The position numbers and the translations under genes were made by a program. A stretch of DNA of 63,182 nt, counting the filler, from Octopus bimaculoides (lineage: Eukaryota), in the NCBI RefSeq assembly GCF_001194135.2. It is 5 parts of 5 records of this genome, joined end to end, with 100 filler letters (N's around TTAATTAATTAA, not from the genome) between each part and the next. Parts side by side here need not be neighbours in the genome. Positions count along the whole stretch, not along the records: positions 61,231 to 63,182 come from NW_026438791.1; 4 more parts are not named here. The stretch is one strand, 5' to 3'. The notes beneath the pieces were generated by a model that made no database searches, was not told the origin of the DNA, and saw nothing but the letters and a program-made list of their open reading frames with translations. Below are positions 62,990 through 63,182 of the stretch, one piece after another. Every line of letters begins with the position of its first letter. Position 1 is the first letter of the stretch.

Positions 62990-63110
62990 GCTGGAAAGAT
63001 GCACGGTGAACTACGGGTCAGGGGTCGAAGTGATCGCAGAGCAACGTGAGATGAAGTGTTTTGCTCAAGAACACAACGCACCAACCCGGTCTAAGAATTG
63101 AAACCACAAA
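62990..63110 (-). mobile_element. SINE family C fragment
   Basis: GCAACGTGAGATGAAGTGTTTTGCTCAAGAACACAACGCA..GAAACCAC. Confidence 0.55.
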
Positions 63111-63112
63111 AA

Positions 63113-63182
63113 AGAAGCAGGAGGAGGAGGATGAGTAGTAGTAGTAGAAGAAGAAGAAGAAGAAGAAGAAGAAGAAGAAGAA
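63113..63182. repeat. (GAG)n/(GTA)n/(GAA)n compound microsatellite
   Basis: Visible at the window end. Confidence 0.9.

Overview
AT-rich eukaryotic DNA saturated with microsatellites and transposon remnants. The SINE/RTE/R4 repeat complement looks like an octopus (cephalopod) genome; this is inferred from recognising the repeats, not from a search. The window is not one locus. Four identical 100-bp artificial linkers (N44-TTAATTAATTAA-N44) join five separate scaffolds: 1-6344, 6445-15959, 16060-30971, 31072-61130 and 61231-63182. No intact host gene can be supported, and nearly all listed ORFs are microsatellite or gap artefacts. Recognisable coding remnants are decayed transposons: RTE LINEs, CR1-group LINEs, R4/Dong-like RLE LINEs, a mariner, a Tc1-like fragment and a Penelope-like element (PLE) fragment. 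The most interesting signal is a set of minimal type-I hammerhead ribozyme motifs. Two are well formed (22159-22230, 40362-40406), one is cut by a gap (23090-23112) and two are degenerate (39126-39169 inside a tRNA-headed SINE, and 20938-20971). Each has a short palindromic helix III, the arrangement known from PLE and retrozyme hammerheads. All folding and alignments were done by eye.
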